A stretch of 64,000 nucleotides of DNA. Source: Eledone cirrhosa (Eukaryota). Where the stretch lies: contig OZ024741.1 of NCBI GenBank assembly GCA_964016885.1, positions 183,768,001 through 183,832,000 of the forward strand, given 5' to 3'. Positions 29,544 to 44,300 of this stretch are shown here, piece after piece (positions within the stretch are counted from its first letter, which is position 1; every line of letters starts with the position of its first letter). Below the pieces are notes generated by a model. It worked only from the letters and a program-made list of their open reading frames with translations. It did not search any database and was not told where the DNA came from. The position numbers were made by a program, and so were the translations under genes.

Positions 29544-30145
29544 TCACCAGTTGGTGCTACTGGTAACATGTATCCCAGTACAACTTGTCTCATGGTCGGG
29601 TCGTTGGCGACTAAACTGGCAACCCCACCAAGGTTTCTTGGTGAGGAGGGTGACTTTGGACATCCTGCAGGACTAAAAACAAAACCTGTCAAAGGGAAAA
29701 GGAGCTCTTAAGAGTCAATGGCCATCCATAATCACCGGGAGAGATGACCCCTTAGCCTTTGTCAAAGCAGAATTCTAGAAGGAAAACTCTGATATAGTAC
29801 CTGCAACCCTGATGGTATCCAATGATGTTGACTTGTTCTTCTTTTTGGTAAATATCATCTTGGTTAAGAGAGTGGGACTGGCTTTGTGCAGTGCCTTTGC
29901 TCACTATAAAAGCTTCAAGGCACAGACATTGCTTTGTATCTGGAGATCTCTCTGCATTTGTCATCACATGGTACCATGGGCCCAGCACTATGTGTCAATA
30001 ATTGTCACAAGTGTAGTGTTTGTACCAGAGTTTTCAAGTCGCTGGCTGGACTAAAAAGTCACACTCGTTCAGCACATCGGTAGGGGTTCTCCTACATGGA
30101 TATAAAGTAGTGGCCGTACTCGAAAACGAGTTGGCAGCCACCACC
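29544..30145 (+). mobile_element. ~600-bp non-autonomous bipartite RTE derivative in (ATGT)n
   Basis: Structured 5' UTR-like half plus a 3' half encoding HKCSVCTRVFKSLAGLKSHTRSAHR*; (ATGT)n on both sides; two other partial copies in the window. Confidence 0.75.
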
Positions 30146-31212
30146 ATGTATGTATGTGTGTATGTATGCATGCATGCATGATGCATGTATGCATATATTT
30201 ATGTGTGCGTGCGTAAGCAGTCTTTTGACTTATTCTTCTTTTCTTATATCTGTCTACTTTTTTTTAATATTGAACATTTTCCAAACCAATTTAGATGACT
30301 GCCCCTTTATCAAAATCTTCGCCTTATTATTTCTGTCCCTTTCTCAGCATATAAACTCTTGGTTATTTACACTAGGATGGAACCAAATGGTAGAATGCCT
30401 AATAAATACAGAATCCTTTTGTATGAAACAGTCTGTAATATGTGTATCATCCAATATACCTGCACACCCACACATGCACACACACACATACACATACACA
30501 CATATGCCTATACACATATATGCTTATGTACATACACATATACACATAGACACATATGCCTATACACATACACACATATGCTTATGTAGATACACATATA
30601 CACATAGACACATATGCCTACACACATACACACATAAGCTTATGTACATACACATATACACATATACACATAGACACATATGCATATACACATACACATA
30701 TATACTCCTATTGACACATACACACATTACGCATACACACACATGACATACTCGATAAAACCTCAAACAGACAGGCACATGATGAAATAAATGCATGTTG
30801 TTATTTAGCTCCTTTTTACCCGTACAGGTAAAGGATGTACTAGCAACAAACGGATCCACGGTAACTTCACAGGTGATAATCTTTGCATTAATGAGGAACG
30901 CTTAGGAAACTTTGTTGTAGTGAACTAATTAGAGATAAATGAATAATAATTACAGATAAATGAATAATAAGATGTATAATCACAGCCAAACGGCACAACC
31001 AATTCCTTGTTCAATCTCGTTATGTCAACTGTGACAATGGCTTCACGGCCAATCACATCAATTAATTCCTTATTCAATTTCGTTGTGTCAGCTGAGTACT
31101 AGACTGTTGATAGTAGCGTAGTGGTGGAGCGGGTCAGATCATACTCTGGTGCAGGCAAAGGTTTATACACGTCTGAACTCCAGCAGACCATATGAAAAGT
31201 CGTCGATATATA

Positions 31213-31316
31213 TAATTGTTTCTACGTTAGGCACAAGGCCTGCAATTACTCAGTGTATTACTGGTACTTTATTTTATCGACCCCGTAAGGATGAAAGGCA
31301 AAGTTAACCTCGGCGA
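31213..31316 (-). mobile_element. Main-family SINE, 3' part
   Basis: Reverse complement of core and tail. Confidence 0.85.
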
Positions 31317-31604
31317 ATGAAGCTAAAATGCCGTGACGCTGACACGTCTTTCTGACTAGAATTACAAAACCGTTTCAATGAGTTGGACACTCTATGACGA
31401 ACCGAACCCACGTTTGAAATTCAGTAGCACGAATTAGAGCATCACTTGCCCGAAACAGCAACTCAATGTTTTACTGTGTACACATCTGTATTTAGGATTT
31501 GTGTGTGTTTGTGAGCTTCTATTTGCGTATGTATGTGTATATTTATGAGTTATGAGGGTGTGCCTGCATTTATGTGAGTATGTATATGTATGTGTTCCAA
31601 TGGA

Positions 31605-31778
31605 AAAGCAATGGCCGATACAGCTTGGCACCAGTGACGTTGCAACTCATTTCTAAAGTTCAGTGAACTGGAGCAGCGTGAAATAAAGTGTCTTGCTCAA
31701 GGACACAACGCATCACACGGTCCGAGAATCCTTTCGATTACAAACCCAATGCTCTAACCACTAAGGCATGTACCTTCA
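31605..31778 (-). mobile_element. tRNA-derived SINE related to family 2
   Basis: GTGTCTTGCTCAAGGACACAAC block and TAACCACTAAGGCA head on the reverse strand. Confidence 0.75.
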
Positions 31779-32830
31779 CTTTTTGTGTATATATATTAAA
31801 TAATGTATGTATCTATGCTTGCGTTTCTGTATGTGCGTGAGTCTGGCTTATTGTGTATGTGTGTAGGTGTTTATGTCTCTGAGTGTATGTTTTATTAATA
31901 GTATGTTTGTATGTCTGTGTGCCTGTATTTATGTGAGAATGTATGTGTATGTGTTAGTGTGCGTGTATACATATCAATATGCATGTATGTATATATACTT
32001 GCGTGAGATTGGCTTATTGTGTATATGTGTACGTGCTTGTGTCTGTGAGTGTATATTTTGATATTAATATGTGTTTGTATGTCTGTGTGCCTCTATTTAT
32101 ATGCAAATGTGTGCGTGTATACATATCAATATGCATGTATGTATATATATTTGCGTCTCTGTATGTGCGTGAGTTTGGCTTATTGAGTATGTGTGTAGGT
32201 GGCTGTCTCTGTGAGTGTATGTTTTGATATTAGTATGTGTTTGTATGTCTGTGTTTGTGTGTATGATGGACACCATGTTTGTGTGTGTGTGTGAGAGAGT
32301 TTGATTATATTTCTGTGTATTTTTGCTGAAGTACATGCATATTTTTGTTTTAATCGACCATAAAACTGATGTTTTATGATTTACAAACTCAACCGAATGC
32401 CTGATAATTCAAAAATCCGCCGCCCTGTTCGTATTTCTTCTGTTGGTATCTGTGTTATTGTGGCCAAATAAGCCATACAACATTTGTTGTATTATGATTA
32501 ATGATACCAACACAGATATAATACGTTTCTGTCAGCGGATAGAAACGATGTTATCATGTCAGCAAATATAATTGATATGCTGCTAAAATACATCGGCAGC
32601 CGTTACGATGACAGACCATAACAATATCCTGTCAGCGGTTATAATGACAGAGCATAACAATATCTTGTCAGCCGTTATTATATCACCGAATACATTGATT
32701 TGACGGTTATATCGACAAATAAAAGTTGCAGCAGCACACGGTATGAAATATGTCGATATGTATGTTTATATATATTTTGCATCTCTGTGTTTGTCGTTTC
32801 TTGGACTATATATATATATATATATATATA

Positions 32831-35573
<2,743 letters not shown>

Positions 35574-35575
35574 TG

Positions 35576-35690
<115 letters not shown>

Positions 35691-36114
35691 CATCATTTCC
35701 CGAAGATGGCATATATATAGGTGAAGGTATATATATCTCCTCTGATAATTTGTAATATTTTTTTACATAGATCTTTAACATGATATACATACCAGCACAC
35801 ACATATATATCCAAGAAACGATCGTAAAATGATGAATTTTTCAATATAAGGAACCTGTTCATTGTTTTTATTTCATTGTTTTTATTAATTTATATATATA
35901 TATATATATATGTATATATGTACATACATACATACACACACATATATACATACACATATATATATATACACACACATACACACAGACAACCCCCACCCCC
36001 ACCCCACACACACACATATATATAGTTATATTTTAGGAGGTTCATGCTGCCATTTAAAAACACACGCACCTATAGTTTTTGGTTTTTACTTCAATTTATT
36101 ATAAACTTCCAGTT

Positions 36115-36525
36115 GGTTAATTTAGTAACTGGATGGTTGTTTATTTGTTTATTGTCAAAGTTCTTTCGTCACACATTCTGTGACTTTCTCAGTGACTAAT
36201 TTGTTATTTTATTTGTATCACACCTTTGTTCTGTTTTATTATTTATTTACATATTTATTGTCACTAGTTGGTTGCTTGTTCTGTCTGTGTTTTTCTGGTT
36301 TGTATTATTAGTTTTGTTCTTGTGTCTGTATATCTTTACCTTGTCTTTAGTTACTAGATGTAATGTTGTTGTTATTCCACTAATGTTTTGTATTTAGTTT
36401 CGGCTGGAGTTCGTTTATATTTCCGCTTCTATAATCTGTAGGAGCATTGCGTCTGTTCTGTGTGAGGATAGGATTTTATATTTCTGTTCTTTAGTGTTCG
36501 ATTCTGGCATGATGGATAAATGAAC
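36115..36525 (-). mobile_element. Penelope-like element 3' end (GIY-YIG C-terminus plus 3' UTR)
   Basis: Minus strand HARIEH..KYKILSSH..DAMLLQIIEA..INELQPKLNTK, followed by a hammerhead-like motif. Confidence 0.7.
36154..36196 (-). ncRNA. Variant/degenerate type I hammerhead motif
   Basis: GTCA CTGAGAAA GTCACA gaatg TGTGAC GAAA GAACTT TGAC: stems I and II intact, core non-canonical. Confidence 0.5.
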
Positions 36526-36533
36526 ACTGGCGA

Positions 36534-36584
36534 GAACTCCATGACACTAATGTTTCTGGGTATTACCCTTCATCAGTACAGTTC
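36534..36584 (-). ncRNA. Type I hammerhead ribozyme (copy 1)
   Basis: GAACTgta CTGATGA aGGGTaatACCCa GAAAC attagt GTC^ atggAGTTC: core boxes, GUC cleavage triplet and stems I-III present; proximal stem I mismatched. Confidence 0.75.
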
Positions 36585-36654
36585 ACTGTCCACCTGTCAA
36601 CTGTCAGAGTTAGTGAAAATATATGATATTTTCTAAAATATACAGTGAATGATC

Positions 36655-36756
36655 GGCCTGATTTGCATATTAGCAGACTGGCTGATCAGTCAGATCTGCA
36701 TATTAACAGACCCACTGATCAGCCAGATTTGCATATCAGCAGACTGGCCAGTCAGT
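36655..36756. repeat. Three 33-bp tandem units each carrying an octamer motif
   Basis: ATTTGCAT at 36661 and 36727, ATCTGCAT at 36694; an additional ATGCAAAT at 36875. Confidence 0.85.
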
Positions 36757-36951
36757 TTCCTGTATACGAGCAATCAATGGCCGGCTTTACCATATTCATT
36801 CTACATGACTGAATACAATAAATGTAATCTGAGTTTTTCGAATATTAATAATAACATTCGATTCGTTTGCAATTATGCAAATAAGCCTCATTTTAAAGCC
36901 ATGTCAGTAGAATGAGACCCTCATTCTTCCTCTTGTGTTGGCATGTAAACA

Positions 36952-37001
36952 GAACTGGAGACACTAATGTTTTTGGATATTACCCTTCATCAACGCAGTT
37001 C
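36952..37001 (-). ncRNA. Type I hammerhead ribozyme (copy 2, core mutated)
   Basis: GAACTGcg tTGATGA agggtaatatcca aAAAC attagt GTC tcCAGTTC; direct repeat of copy 1, 417 nt away. Confidence 0.65.
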
Positions 37002-37020
37002 ACTGTTCACCTGTTCAGTC

Positions 37021-37134
<114 letters not shown>

Positions 37135-38080
37135 TTAAATTGATCAATGTTTAGATGGACTGAGTTTTGTTTGAATCAAAAGAAGACATTTTTATTATAT
37201 TAAAAGAAATCTTCAATAAGAGGACTACAACAGAATTAGTTTCAACGTAGAAATTGCGCTGGGTTGCAATATCGAAAGAAAGTGGCGCTAGAATGATGGA
37301 TCACTCGGTCAGTACTATTCCATTTCCCGAATGTTAATCCACACCATATAATTCCTTACACATAAAAGAATTGTAAATTGAGACTTTATCTGCCCACTTC
37401 CCCCTTTACACATGAATTGTTGTCAACAATGCTGTTTTCAAGAACGAATGATGATTAGTATGAATGTATTTTCTATAATGCCGCAAATAAACCACATCGA
37501 TTTCAAGGGAAATATAATGTTACAGGCAACATAGGATATTTGTTATTTCTTTCAACAACAAATAAATAATTGAAATCTATTTGCTAAATACATTAGGCGG
37601 ACACATTCTTTTCCATTTCTTTTCATTTTTAAAACTGGAAGTTTATAATAAATTGAAATGAAAACCAACAGGTGCATGTGTTTTTATTAGCAGCATTATC
37701 CTACCAAAGAATAACACTATCAGTTCCAACACACGTTTTCAGATAGGAAAATCTTCAAAACAAATACAAAAACGAAGTATAAATATATATTGTTATTTCT
37801 GTTTATCTTTTATATACATACAGATATTTATAAAAAAGAGGGTGTGGTAAGATTCCAGGTGGACCATAACGCACCAGAGTACTCGATACTTGGGGGTAGT
37901 AGAGTGGGTAACATGAAAAGGTTCACGACATCGATGGCTAAGCTCCGGCCGTTTCGACAGCTAGATATATATATCCTGCAAGGAACAAGTTGAGGAAAAA
38001 TACTTTGATAAGCAATCCTCTATACTTATTTTGTTCACACATTTGATACACACATACGAAATTTAACCTGACATATCTTC

Positions 38081-38135
<55 letters not shown>

Positions 38136-38136
<1 letters not shown>

Positions 38137-38610
38137 TAGTCGAATTACCCGCGCCTTGCTGCGTTTCACAGATTTGTTTTGTAAGAAAATGATGATTGAT
38201 TTTAAATCAGTGATATAAGTTATGGAGAAAAACTCTGCATTTCAATATTATTCAATGTAAAGTGTAATGCATGAAATATTGGAAAACATTATTTTTGTAA
38301 TATATCAAATCAAAATTACATTATTAAAACTTATTCTTATTTTGTTTCTTGTAAATAATTTTTTTCAAAATATCAATTCAAAACCTTTGTGTATAGGCAC
38401 AATATCTTGTCATTTACCTATGGTTTAAATTTCATATAAATCGAAGGGAAAACATTTTCAGTCGGAGTTTTCAGCGGGGATTTTGTGCCTCTGGGGGAAC
38501 CCTTTGATTAAAATGAAATATACTTATCCAAGTACCCTGGGCAATGTAGTTTCAGAATATATATGGTTATGATGAACAAACAAACAAACAAACAGACAGG
38601 AATACAACTT

Positions 38611-38620
<10 letters not shown>
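38136..38620 (-). mobile_element. Non-autonomous Helitron
   Basis: CTAG 3' end with adjacent GC-rich hairpin remnant in (AT)n; 5' TATATAAAG..(GTTT)n end. Confidence 0.7.
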
Positions 38621-38650
<30 letters not shown>

Positions 38651-38929
38651 TATGCATGGTCCCGTAACACCTGACGGAGTCGTGGGGGCGCCATATTGAT
38701 ATACAGCGTTTATAGGTTAATTTATTAAACCTGGTGGAGCTCAATCTTCTCTAGGTCTGAATTCAGCAAATTTCTTCCAGAGAACGATAGAAAGTGAATG
38801 GAAGTGAGAAATAGATATAAAGGAAGAATCGACGCCAGTACTAGACTGGTAGGTTTTATTTTGTCAACCTTGAAAGGATGAAAGGAGTATATGTATACAG
38901 GGGTTCCTACAGTAGCCGTTCCGCCTCGT

Positions 38930-39130
38930 GCATTTCTGACCTATTATTCATCTCTTGGTTGCGGTATTTGTCAAGAGTTTTTTTTTAACGGAAGAGGCTC
39001 TCATTGTCACGTGTTCCATATGTGTAGCCTCCTTATGGTACTTCCGAAGTATGAGGAGCTACATTTTTTGCACGTGATCTTACAGACCACATATGCTCTC
39101 ATGCACACTTCTGCGTTGTTGGTGGGAAAA
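38930..39130 (-). mobile_element. Penelope-like GIY-YIG endonuclease fragment
   Basis: CMRAYVVCKITCKKCSSSYFGSTIRRLH matches the VVY.I.C..C...YIG.T.R.L pattern. Confidence 0.75.
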
Positions 39131-41184
39131 TTAAGATGTGTACATATATCGCTGTATGTGTCATTATATTTATTACTGGCAGATGAGTGTATTTTCAAGG
39201 GGGATTTTGCTGCTATTTCTAGCAAATCGAGTGACATATTATCGAGAGCACATATTGTTTTATACAATTGGAGTAAATAGTGGTCTAAGTTAATAAATTT
39301 GGACCGACTATGGACAGAAATAACATAACTTAAAGACGAAATAACATAACTCCATACCGCAAGGAACTTATATGTTGCTCCACCGATTGCCACCTATCAC
39401 ATTTAATTATTGCGATGTGAAAACATGGTCAACAAAGTGACAAAAACGGTCGAGTTTCAGAAAACTTCTATATATATTGGTACGTTCCTGAACTTTCTGA
39501 GTTCAAATCCCGGAAGGGTGAATTAGCCTCACTATCAGAATTGACAGAGCGACGGACTCAATTCACTGGGGCACTTAATTATGATCCTATAAGTTCTGAG
39601 GTCAAATCCCGTAAAAATTCGCCTAGAGAATCTTTTCAGCATCAAAGAACCACCATGAGCTTTTCTTCACGGAATTTTCACAGGAGAATAGCCAGAGCGT
39701 ATAGAGTTGGAACAAACGTCATCAGATATTTTGTCCAACACTCTAAATGTTGCGTCAGTTCACTTCACTGGACTTGTAGTTTATTTGATCGATCCCCGCA
39801 AGGATGAAAGGCAAAGTTTACTTCGACTGGATTTGAACTAAAAATAAAAATAACAATGCGTCGGAACAAATGCCACGAGAGCATTTGTCCGACTCTATAA
39901 CGTTTCAGCCAATTGAACACTTTGTTTAGCGGGTACTTATTTGGTTTGATAAATCCCTGAAGGATAAAAGGCAATTCTGACTTCAGATAATTGTGGTGGG
40001 TGGAGTAGGTTCGAACTAGAGAGTAGACAGAGGAACTCAAGTAAATACTACCAGGCGTTACACTGGCTGATATTGCACGCTTTTCAGTCGCCCCACTTCT
40101 TTTTTAACACTAAAGACATATCACAATATCTCAAGACCGATTAACACTTCCAATACTAACAAAAAGAAACTCCATTGTCACCACCCACGCAAACACTCGT
40201 AGATATATGACACACTCACACACAAACACACACACACACATTTACACATACACACACACACACACATACATACACATATACACACACATGCACACACCCA
40301 TGCACACAAACACGTACACACATATATCTAATCCTTAAAATCATTAACAACGACAATAACCATGACAACAACACAAAGATTACCATCTGTAAGCTCATCA
40401 CCATCACTCCCACCACCACCACCACTACCACCACCACACTCACCACACCCACCACTACCAAACCACTGCCAAAGCCACCATCATCACCACCACAACCGCC
40501 ACTACCAAAGGCACCACCAAAGCCTCAACCAAAGCCACCATCACCACCACCTTCACCACCCCTTCATCAATACTACCACCACTACAACCAAAGCCACCAC
40601 CACCGCCACAGCCAAAGCCACCACCACCACCACCAAAGCCACCACCACCACCAACACCAAAGCCACCACCGCCACCGCCAGAGCCACCACCACCACCACC
40701 ACCAAAGCCATCAACTCCACCCAGATGATGAGGACAACGGCGATCACAACAACAACAAGTAAAATAATCTAAAGGTGTTTGCAATTACACCAAGATAGTG
40801 AGACAATAGACAAACACTTGTCATTGACAATCAGAAACAGCAGCTAATTGGATTAAATAGTAGTTGTGTCATCAACTGTAGCATCTTAATGGCAGAAGGA
40901 GGAGAAGATGATGAGAAGGAGGGGAAGGAGATGAGGAGGAGAAAGAGAGGGAAGAATCTTCTGATTTGATTCAGGCTTCTCATTTCAACCAGCATATTAT
41001 AATTGTAATTGTACCATCATCATTGCCAACACCAACTACATCACACAAACACACACACATATATATATATCCAGGGAGTGTAACGCGAAGTTACTGTAGG
41101 TTCACCGGGGTGAGCACTCGATGTTTAAGTTCACGTGAGTATCGAGGTGTAGAGCTAGACAGAGTGTAATATAATATTATTATT

Positions 41185-41318
41185 AACGATCTGAGTTCAA
41201 ATCCCGCCGAGGTTGACTTTGCCTTTCATCCTTACGGGGTCGATAAAATAAAGTACCAGTGATGCACTGGGTAATTGCTGGCCTTGTGCCTAAAGTAGAA
41301 ACAATTATTATTATTATT
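41185..41318 (+). mobile_element. 5'-truncated main-family SINE with (ATT)n tail
   Basis: Near-consensus core and tail; preceded by (ATT)n. Confidence 0.9.
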
Positions 41319-44300
41319 GGTCTGTTCGGACGTCTTTTTGCTCGCTCCCAGTAAGTCGCTTTATTTACCTGTTATAATTATTTGTTGTTAAATTTTTCTT
41401 GTTGTGTAAGGGATATAAGCCCTTGACTTTGCCCTGTAAAGGGGAAAGTATAATATTTGGGCCTTTTGGCCCAAATATTTGAACATTTTACTTTTAAAAA
41501 TTAAAAAAGAAACATGGATGAGCCACCTCCCCAGCAATATCTCTGCTGTCGTGGGACAACGGCGTAAAAGTTGAGAGGAGGGTTATAGAAATTGATACAA
41601 CAAACACCACCACAAACAACGTGAACAAAGACAACACTGAGAACACTAATTTAAAAAAAATTACCACACCAACTACAACAATAACAGCGACAACCAAAAT
41701 ACTGACAACAGAAAAAAATGACAACAAATGCAACAAAGATATTAACACCACTAACAAGAAAATAGACAACAACAACAGCAACAATACAAATTGCACCGAA
41801 AATAACAACAACGGTGGCACCAAAAACACAACCAACAAACAACAGTGATAACAGCAACAACACCAACAACACCGTTTGTAGCAGTAGCAACAGCATCAGC
41901 ACCAACAACAAGACCAGTAGCAGTAGTAGCGGCAGCAATAATGGTGCCGCTGAAAAAGGGGCTACTTCTTTTGCAGGTGTGACCCATAATATAGAGACAG
42001 TGCTAGTCACGGAGGAGGAGATGGCAGTCACAAGAGCCATGGTGACAAGAAATGACAATAGAGTTTCCCTGAAACCGCCACCCGATTTTTTCAAAGACCA
42101 GCAGCTACGGACGGTAACTTACCGCACCGTAAGCAAAATGTCAAATCGGGCGGAGAGAGTCACGGAGGCTCAAATCCAAAAGGCCTTGGGGTGCGTCTAG
42201 GCGCGCAAAACCCACACCACCCGAGGCAAAAACTAAGCCACAGTAGACGTACTTCCCCCCCCCCCAAGAGGCGAAGTCTCACTCTTTGGAAACCCTAAAG
42301 AGTGAGGAGATAGTCTTGGTACCTTCCTACTGCGGGCAGAAAATTGTGAGGGTAAAGTGACCCAGGTCCCGCCCGACGTGCCCATACCTTGGCTGGCCGC
42401 GTCTGTACTTGCTGGAATCGAGGACAGGACCACTATACTGCAAATACAGAGAATGGGATGAGAGAAATGGTCAGGTATAGGCATGTAAATGCTAATACAA
42501 ACTGACAAGGAGTGCATCGAGGCCATCCCAGATATCATAGATCTCGAGGAAGGTCTCCAACACCCTATAATCGTGGAAGGAATGCGCCCTAAGTGCTATC
42601 TCTGTGGGCAAAAGGGTCACCTCAGAGCCTTCTGCTGACAGAAGACAGTCAAGAAGAGAGACCCCCTCCTTCCGACGTCTGACCCGCTGCTACCAAGAGC
42701 AGGGCAGGCAGCAGAGGCAGAAGACACTTCCATGGTGAGTAGGAGGGCAACGTCCGTGGCACTTATACCAAGGCCACGGACACCTAAAACAGCGGCAGCA
42801 GTGGCGGCAACAACAACAGTCGCAGTAGCTACACCGGCGGCAAAATCGCTGGAGCGGGCTCCACTATCACTACCAACAGCCGTGGAGCTCATACCCCTCC
42901 CAGATGCCATGGAATCCGATATGGAGTATGAGGCGAGAGTAAAGTGGCAAGAGGTCTGCCACAAAAAACAAAAACGAAAAATCACTTAGCGAAGACAAAA
43001 AGCGAAGACAAACAAAGAAGGGTAAAGGCAGCAAGGAGACTTGTAGCAACACTATCATCATCAACATCACCACCACCAGCATCACCAAAATCACCAACAT
43101 CGCAAACGCAACAAAGCACACACACCAAACAGCAACAACAAGAAACCAGCAACAAAACCACCCCTCTCCCCAAACAGTATACAGCCATAAACAATGCACA
43201 CCAAGGACTAATGAAACATAAAACAACACAGACATTACAGACTCAAATTACCACACCCCACCAACACCAAGAACATCACCAAAAAACATTTACATAGTGG
43301 AAATTGAACTCGAAGACTACAAATAATTAAAACAAAATTCAGGGGGTCTCTCTCCAAGAGAATCTATAAAGATATCGTCTTGGAGACACCCATGACCAGC
43401 CGAAGGGACGGTTCTACTGTCCCTTCACCACACGATCAAGGTAAGTGATCCTTTCTCACTTACCCCGTTCCTCATCCAACATGGCCGTACTTAGAATAGG
43501 CAGTAAAAATGTACGTGGCCCGGAGTCATCTTGGAAGCAGGGTCACCTGCTCAACGACCTCAGTCACTAAACATAGATGAGGTGGCCATCAGCGACACCA
43601 GAATCTCCGAAGCACGAGCCTTCGCACCGATCTTGGGCGGCTACGATGTATACGCATCTCCCAGCCGTCCATGATCGGGGGGGGGGGGCGGAGTTGCTGT
43701 GCTTTTTCGGAGCGGATTGGATCTCCAGAAGGTAAGTGACCGGCAGCGAAGGTAATGCTTTCAGGCTATTAGCCGTCTACGCCCCAACAGGGGCAGGACG
43801 GCCATATTTCTTCAGACGTCTAGAGACCTTTCTTGGAACGACCCGCTCTTTAGTGTTAGTGGGCGACTGGAACGGTAGACAGGGCTAGTAGACAGGGCAG
43901 GAGGGTGTAAAAGCCTCAACAACATGCTCAGACGTTTTGAACTGTCTGATAGCTATATACTGGATTATCCGAATGTGCCAATGTGGACATGGGCAAACCG
44001 CATAGGGTCATCCAGATCGTATTTAGATAGGGTATTCAGTAGATAAGGCTAGTGTAGGTTGTCCACAATTTAAAGTAGTCGACTACACGGACCACAAATT
44101 TGTGATCTGTGAAGTTGACTTAGATAGACTCCACAGGCAAGGGCCCGGTTACTGGAAGCTGAATGCGTCGTTCCGGGCGCGCAAAGCTTACAGAGACAGG
44201 ATTAGCGAATTAGTTAAGCGTGCGTTGACGGGTGCGATCGCCAACAACAAGTGGCGGTTTACCCTGAAAAGGCCTATTAGTGTAGAATCGATAATGTTTA

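Noticed and set aside
29560-29620. Twister ribozyme
   Set aside because: UAA and a stem are present but the conserved CAAGC loop and pseudoknot partners are missing; HDV order fits better.
31810-32700. ~165-bp triplicate and 36-bp repeats as functional arrays
   Set aside because: Degenerate local tandem duplications with no further structure visible.
40362-40784. Thr-rich or Gly-rich ORFs
   Set aside because: (ACC)n-derived low complexity; no splice or domain evidence.
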